Source: Heteronotia binoei (taxonomy: Eukaryota). From it: a DNA stretch of 64,000 bases. The notes beneath the pieces were generated by a model, which did no database searches, was not told the DNA's origin, and was given only the letters and a program-made list of their open reading frames with translations. The stretch covers positions 70,866,001 through 70,930,000 of the forward strand of contig NC_083228.1 of assembly GCF_032191835.1 (NCBI RefSeq). Reading direction: 5' to 3'. This document shows, in pieces, positions 57,484 to 64,000 of the stretch. Each line of letters starts with the position of its first letter. Positions within the stretch are counted from its first letter, which is position 1. The position numbers were made by a program, and so were the translations under genes.

Positions 57484-60400
57484 AAAGATCTTTCATTCCT
57501 GTAATTTGATCGATGTTTGGCGAACTTTAAACCCTAAAAGCAGAGACTATACCTTTTATTCAAATGTTCATATCTCTTATTCTAGAATTGATTTTTTCTT
57601 AGTTTCTCCTTCGCAGATCAATATGTTTGAAAATGTGAGTATTGAAGTACGAAGTATTTCAGATCACTCTCTGGTGCAGTATGACCTGCCAGCTCAGGAT
57701 TCAGACGGAAAAAGCCCTAACTGGTCCCTCAACAAATTACTTTTATCCAAATTATCCAATCTTACTTTTCTTAAATGCTCAGTGTGGTGTACCCCAAGCC
57801 TATGTATGGGATGCCTTTAAAGCCGTGATGAGAGGTAATTTCATTTCCATTGCCTTGGCGTGTAATAAAGCCAAACGGAAATCAATTGAATACGTAAATA
57901 CCCGTATTGCTTCATTACAAGCCAAACATTCTAAATATGGTGGTAAAAAACCCCTGGAAAAACTAAATCAGGCCAGAAAACAATTAAAATTATTAGAATC
58001 TTCCTCAACCCAGAATTTTTTTTTAGTTCTTAAACAAAGATACGTAACTAAAACCTCAAAATCAATTAGACTTTTGAAGCATTGTATTGCTCAGAAAAGG
58101 TCTCAGAATATGATCCATGCTATTAGAACCCCACAGTTCTACACTCATCTTCTAAAAAGATCTCTGAAACCTTTTTATACAAAGTTATATGAGTCAACTA
58201 ACCCAATCCACACCAAATTGAGAACTATTTACGCACTATTGATTTTAAATCTTTCCTCTCAGATGAGCACTCATCTTTTTTATACAGACCTTTTAATTTG
58301 ACTGAGTTAAGCTCAGTTATCTCCAAGATAAAAAATAATAAGGCTACGGGGAGAGACAGCTTCCATATAGAATTCTATAAACATTTTAAATCTTATTTGT
58401 TAATGCCATTGCTGGATATCTGCAACTCAGTAATGGAATAAGGTTGCCTTCCCTCAAGCTGGTTAAAATCATGGATGATTGTAATTCCCAAACAAGGAAA
58501 AGACAAACTTAATCCCGCCTCCTGTCATCCTATTTCGGTTTTGAACCATGATTTTTTTAAAAAATTCTTCTTTACTTGCAGAGCGTTTGAAAAAGATTAT
58601 CACCCATTATATCCACCCTGGCCAGGCAGGTTTTATGCCGGGTCGTACCATTACCGACAACATTCGTAAATCACTCAATCTGATCCACATAGCAAAGTCT
58701 TCTCAGGTTCCTCCATTAATCCTCTCCCTAGACACCGAAAAAGCATTTGATAAAGTCGAAGTAAATTACTTAAAAACCTTACTAAAATATATGCATTTTG
58801 GTCCACGTTTTTTGAAATCTACTTTTGCTATTTACAGTTCTCCCTCAACACAAATCTCTACTAGCATCTTTAGATCAGATGAGTTACATCTTCATAGAGG
58901 TACCCAGCAGGGTTGCCCCCTCTCCCCACTTTTATTTGCCCTTACTGTTGAACCCTTTGCTTATGTAATCCAGAATTCTTCAGAAATTGCAGGTATTTCA
59001 GTTAATAACGTTGTCTATAAATCAAGTCTTTTTGCTGATGACATGGTTTTTTATCTAAGTAATCCCTTTAACTATCCTCAAAGAAAAACTAGATGAATTT
59101 AGTAAATTCTCAGGACTTTCGATCAATTTTAATGTCTGGAATATACCCGATTAATGTCGCTCAGAAGCTACAGGGTTACGAAAATATGGAGACATCTGGG
59201 TATCTTATTTCCGTTGAACCTATCGGACTTATATAAGGTTAATTATGGACCTGTAAGTAAGTCTATGACTTTGACTCAAGGGGAATGGTAAAAACTAAAT
59301 CTCTCTATTCTAGAAAAAATAGATCTTAAATCTTTTCTTCTTCCTCGTCTTCTCTTTTTGTTCCAAAATCTCCCGATACCAGTCTTAAGAAAAGACTTAA
59401 CAAGCTGGCAATCACAGTGGACCTCCTTTTTATGGAATAATCAGAAACCGAGAATTGCTTTATCACTTTTAGCGAAACCTCGTAAAATGGGTGGTTTAGC
59501 AGTTCCACTAATTGATATTTTGTGGCAGTCCAAATGAGACATACTGTACTGTACGCATCTCCTTACTTGACTCCCATATGGGTTCAAATTGAAAAAGCTG
59601 ATCTACCTAATGTGTTATTGCATGGATTCATTTGGCATACCAAAACTGACAAAAGGAGTATGCTTTGTCTAATCCATTTCTTAAATTCACATTGCAAATA
59701 TGGGACCAATGGAGAAACACTCTGTCTCCAGCCCCCTCACCTATAATGGCCTTTTTGGGTCAGTCCTGGTTTCCCCCAGGAAAGGACAATAATCAATTCA
59801 AAGTGTGGAGGAATAATAATATATTCAAACTTATGGATATAACAACTAATGGTAAATTGAGTACCCTCCCCCAACTGGAGCACAAATTTAAAATTTCTAT
59901 CCCTTATCAATATATTCAAATACACCATGCTCTACACCAAATAATCCCAATAATTATGGCTAATAGATCGCTTAACCCTCTGGAAAAATTAATTAACAAA
60001 AGCTGTACTTCAATAAGGGGGGTTATTTCAATTATATATCTTTTAAATCTACCAGTTTGGTCAAATATGTCCAGTCAGCAAGTAGCCTGGCAGAAAGACT
60101 GTCATAGTACAATTAATGATGACCAATGTGAACAAATTTGGTTATCAGCTTTATTTAAATCCAAATCTTATTATTTTTGGTTACAGAACTACAAGATCTT
60201 TGCAAGGTGGTATGCCACTTCTTGCAGGCTTTATAAGGGCAAAGTGAAAAAAATCCAACTTGTTGGAAAGGTTGTGGGCAGATGGGAACTTTCATTCACT
60301 GCTGGTGGGAGTGTACTGAGATCAAAGCATTCTGGGCAGAAGTACTGGGAAAAATTACAGAAATAACAGGGATTATAATACCATTCACACCAGAATCTCC

Positions 60401-60916
60401 TTTATTAAACTTTTGGCCTAATTCTAATTTGTCTATGTTGCAAAAAGAATTGGTTGCACTTTTACTATTAGTTGGGAAAACTGTTATAGCCAGCTGCTGG
60501 AAACTAGCTATAGCACCTAAGTTAAATTGTTGGTTTAACAAAGTTTGGGTCATCTTGATTCAAGATAAACTAGCAACCAGCATCACTTTTCAAGAAAATG
60601 TCAAAGCAAGTGATTGGTTTCTTGAAAAATGGTTCACCTTCCTTGAATATGTAAACAATAAGGAAACCAATTTTGGTAAAATTCCTCCAAAGTATTTGAA
60701 TATTATGATTTACTAACTCTATTTTGGATTCCTGTGTAATATTTGGCCATAGGGTTGGGGAAGTACTGGGTTATTGTACAATAATAGATGTTTCTTTCTG
60801 TTTGTCTTGACAAAACTACAGTATGTATCTTGCCGAACTTTTTTCTTTTTGAGTTTGTTGTTTGTGTGTTGTTTATATATGAAAAAGTTTCAATAAAATT
60901 TAAATTGTAAAAAAAA
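57484..60916 (+). mobile_element. 5'-truncated, frameshifted L1-clade LINE ORF2 with 3' UTR and poly(A)
   Basis: Endonuclease LIDVWR..YSRIDFFL..SDHS; RT DTEKAFDKV, GTQQGCPLSPLLF, LFADDM; C-terminal GTFIHCWWEC; AATAAA at 60892, A-tail at 60909. Confidence 0.92.
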
Positions 60917-61388
60917 GAGAGAAAGTAAGGAGGATCTAAAGAACCTCTTGTTGAGGGTGAAAGAGGAGAGCACAAAAGTAGGTTTGAAACTCAACATCAA
61001 AAAAACTAAGATCATGGCATCTGGCCCCATCACACCTTGGCAAATAGAAGGGGAAGACATGGAAGTACTGACAGACTTCACATTCTGGGATCCAAGATCA
61101 CTGTAGATGGTGACTGTAGCCATGAAATTAAAAGATGTTTGCTCCTTGGGAGGACTGCTATGGTGAACCTAGGCAGTATAATAAAAAGTAGACACATCAC
61201 CCTGCCAACAAAAGTCCGTATGGTCAAAGCAATGGTATTCCCAATAGTAACGTATGGCTGTGAGAATTGGACCTTAAGGAAGGCCAAGCGCAGAAGAATA
61301 GATGCTTTTGAGTTGTGGTGCTGGAAAAGGATCTTGAGAGTTCCTGGGACTGCAAGAAGATCAAATCAGTCAGTCCTAAGGGAAATGT
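60917..61388 (+). mobile_element. RTE-BovB segment 3 (just after the YADD motif)
   Basis: ESKEDLKNLLLRVKEES..LNIKKTKIMA..YGCENWT..IDAFELWCW. Confidence 0.92.
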
Positions 61389-62829
61389 TCAATGCACTTT
61401 CCAACTGGATTTTACTGTGTGAACTGGCAAAATCCAGTAGGAAAGTGGATTGAAAGTGCATTATTTAGTGTGTGTGAATGCAGCCACAATGTATGTATTC
61501 ATAATGATCAGACACAGTCAAAAGGAACATGTACACTCCATTTTTTAAACTTAGGCTTGTGTCTCAGTTGGTGTTGTACGGAAGCATCAGAGCTGCTCTT
61601 TGAACTCCCTCAGTGATCAAACTTCTGGAATTGGGCATGACAGTATTTTTAGAGAGGAAAATTTGCTAGTACACATGATATTTTCCTCCATTGTCTCTTT
61701 TTACCACAGTAATTCCTGTTACTACTGCTGGATCTTGAAAGATTTTCAGAGAGTCTGAGGAAGCATATTCTGAGTGGCAGACTTTGGAAAAACATTATCA
61801 ATTCTTAGAAATTAACATTTGCATTAATTAACAGAGGAAGGACTTGATGAAATGAAAATTGGCCTTGTGAACTCACACACACCATGTAGCCCTGCCCCAC
61901 TTCCATCTGTATACACTCCTTACTCCCAGTCTGAATGTATGTACTGCCTGTGTAATATCATGAAAAAGTCCTAGCTCCTGTGACACAAACACAAAGCATG
62001 AGGAACAACCATCACATTTTGTGTCTTAAGGTGGATCTTGAAGTAAACAGCTTATCAAGGAGAATTCTTTTGGTGGACAGACTGAGAAGGGCAAGTTGTA
62101 GAAACAGGATGAAGACACTCAAGCCCCACCAGGCCAGAAAATAAAGATACTTCTCTTCATATTTTTTTTTTACACGGTACGCAGTTATTGTCCACCAACA
62201 CAATCCAGATGTTAAGTGCCCTGTGGCACCATGGAAACTCCAATTCAAAAATCCCATTTTCCCAGAATTCCTGCTGAATATATGACTCAGTCTCATCATG
62301 TCACCAGTTATGCAATTTGGAATTATAAATCAATTTTAAAAAAAAATTCCCTTCTTGCTGGTAATTCAGTCACTTTTATAGTAATCTCTCAATAAATTGG
62401 CCATTTCTCAAATTGTTCCTTTACCATCTGCTGCAATCTTTTATTTTCTGAAAAGTACCCATGTTATCCTGTGGGTCACAAACAGTATAACTATCTTGGA
62501 GTGATAGCCAGAAATCTAAACTTGATGCTGCCTACAGCTTGGACTGCGACTCAAGCTTCCAACACATTAGATCCCCCTCTTTTTACATCTGATTTCTATG
62601 CAGAGTAGGAAAAGTATATCTTTGTTCCCCATCTTGATCGAGCTTGCTTTATTTTCCAACTCAGTACTATACAGATAGCCACCATTTTGCTTCAGTCTGC
62701 TAGTTAGGGCCTCACATGGGAAGACTAGGTGAGCACCTCTCTTTCAACTGACTCACTTCTCCTCTCTCCTATTCCCCATTTTTCTCATTTTCACCTTTTA
62801 CTTAAAGTAACACTTGCTCCAAATTGGAA

Positions 62830-63040
62830 AAGAGTCTGTGGCTCAGAGGTAGAGCATCAGCTTGTCATACAGAAAGTCCCAGGTGTTCAATCTCTGGCAT
62901 TTGCAGTTAAAAGGATCTGGCAGTAGGAGATATGAAAGACCTCTGCCTGAGACCCAGGAAAGCTGTTACCAGTGTGAGTAGATAGCACTGATGATTTTGA
63001 CAGACAAATGGTCTGATTCAATATAATGCAGTATCCATAT
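62830..63040 (+). mobile_element. Older Squam3-like SINE
   Basis: Degenerate A and B boxes; body similar to 9977-10190. Confidence 0.7.
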
Positions 63041-63063
63041 GTGATTAATATTTTGGGTGATGT

Positions 63064-63329
63064 AGAAGAAGAAGACCTGAGTTTATACCCCACCCTTCAC
63101 TATCCCAAGGAGTCTCAGAGTGGTTTATAATCTTCTTTCCCTTCCCCTTCCACAACAGACACTTTGAGGTAGGTGGGGCTGACAGAGCTCTCCCAGAACT
63201 GCCCTTGAGTAGAACAGCCTGTGGCTTACCCAAGGTCACATCAGCAGGTGCATGTGAAGGAGTGGGGAATCAAATCCAGTTCTCCCAGATAAGAGTCTGC
63301 ACACTTGACCACTACACCAGACTGGCTCT
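63064..63329 (-). mobile_element. tRNA-derived SINE, family of 10405-10682
   Basis: Same head and (TTC)n tail. Confidence 0.78.
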
Positions 63330-64000
63330 CAGTTTGGTGATATTCGTCTCTGTTTTCTGGAAATGTGATATTCTGTTTGTCTGTGCTTTGGTTTAGTGGG
63401 ATAAGCCCCCTGCACTATTGTACGAAATCTCTCAATAAACTCCATATTCCTTTTTAAACTTTTGGATCAGGTCTGTCATCCTTTTCCTGCTGAAACGTGC
63501 TACTAACAATCACCTCTTTAGGTAAAAGATGTTGGTTTTCTGCTCCCTGCATAAACACACAAGATTATTTCCCATGTCAGTCTAAATGCATGTTTGCATG
63601 TTTGTGGGGGTATAATAACACATAAACCAGATGGGTGCAGCCATTTGGGGAAAGACACTTTCAATAACTCATTTGTAGTAGGGGATTCACACAAGGATGG
63701 CAGAACATTTTCCAGCCATTCCCACTTTTGGGAATCATGCCCAGCAGTCCCACTTGTCCATGACTCTATGTTCAGGCCACACTGCAAGGAGGTTTGAAGA
63801 GGTTATAAAATGGTTCCATGAACGAAAGGCCACATTGAAACTATACCCTTTCTAATTATAGTTTCACCACAGGGGAAATAAAAGATGCAACCAATTAGCA
63901 TGAAAAAGGGGCATCTCTTCTGCCATTGGGCTCATTGCTGTTTAATTTGCACAATTACAAAGATTTAATTAGACATTTCAGCAAGCCACTAATACTGCAG

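Noticed and set aside
57410-57820. 136-aa ORF as one protein
   Set aside because: It joins a LINE 5' junction, a BovB piece in another frame and the L1 endonuclease

Overview
Vertebrate DNA, most likely squamate and probably gecko, judged from the SINE, BovB and CR1 content. No host gene could be identified; the window is a dense stack of transposable elements. The main features are two long Ngaro-type tyrosine-recombinase (YR) retrotransposons and two further 5' remnants of the same family (1700-2402 -, 22578-22760 +). Ngaro-1 (25148-30966 +) has a gag frameshift and only one terminal B repeat. Ngaro-2 (48381-55103 -) has all ORFs open and near-identical split direct repeats A1..B1-A2-spacer-B2. 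Each long copy encodes gag, RT/RNase H, YR and an SGNH hydrolase. Top observation: in both diverged copies the SGNH ORF has no usable AUG. It is preceded by a textbook 3' splice site, and a consensus G|GTAAG donor of matching phase 1 lies in the gag linker. This predicts a spliced mRNA for a Gag-N-terminus/SGNH-esterase fusion (325 aa and 336 aa). A covarying RNA hairpin sits at the SGNH stop, just before the B repeat, and the element junctions share an AA core. Also present: the 3' end of an internally deleted Gypsy chromovirus nested in an Ngaro gag, a Copia remnant, CR1, L1 and BovB LINEs in a nested stack, Penelope fragments with hammerhead motifs, hAT and Harbinger MITEs with clean TSDs, and several tRNA-derived SINEs. 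All coordinates were read by hand.
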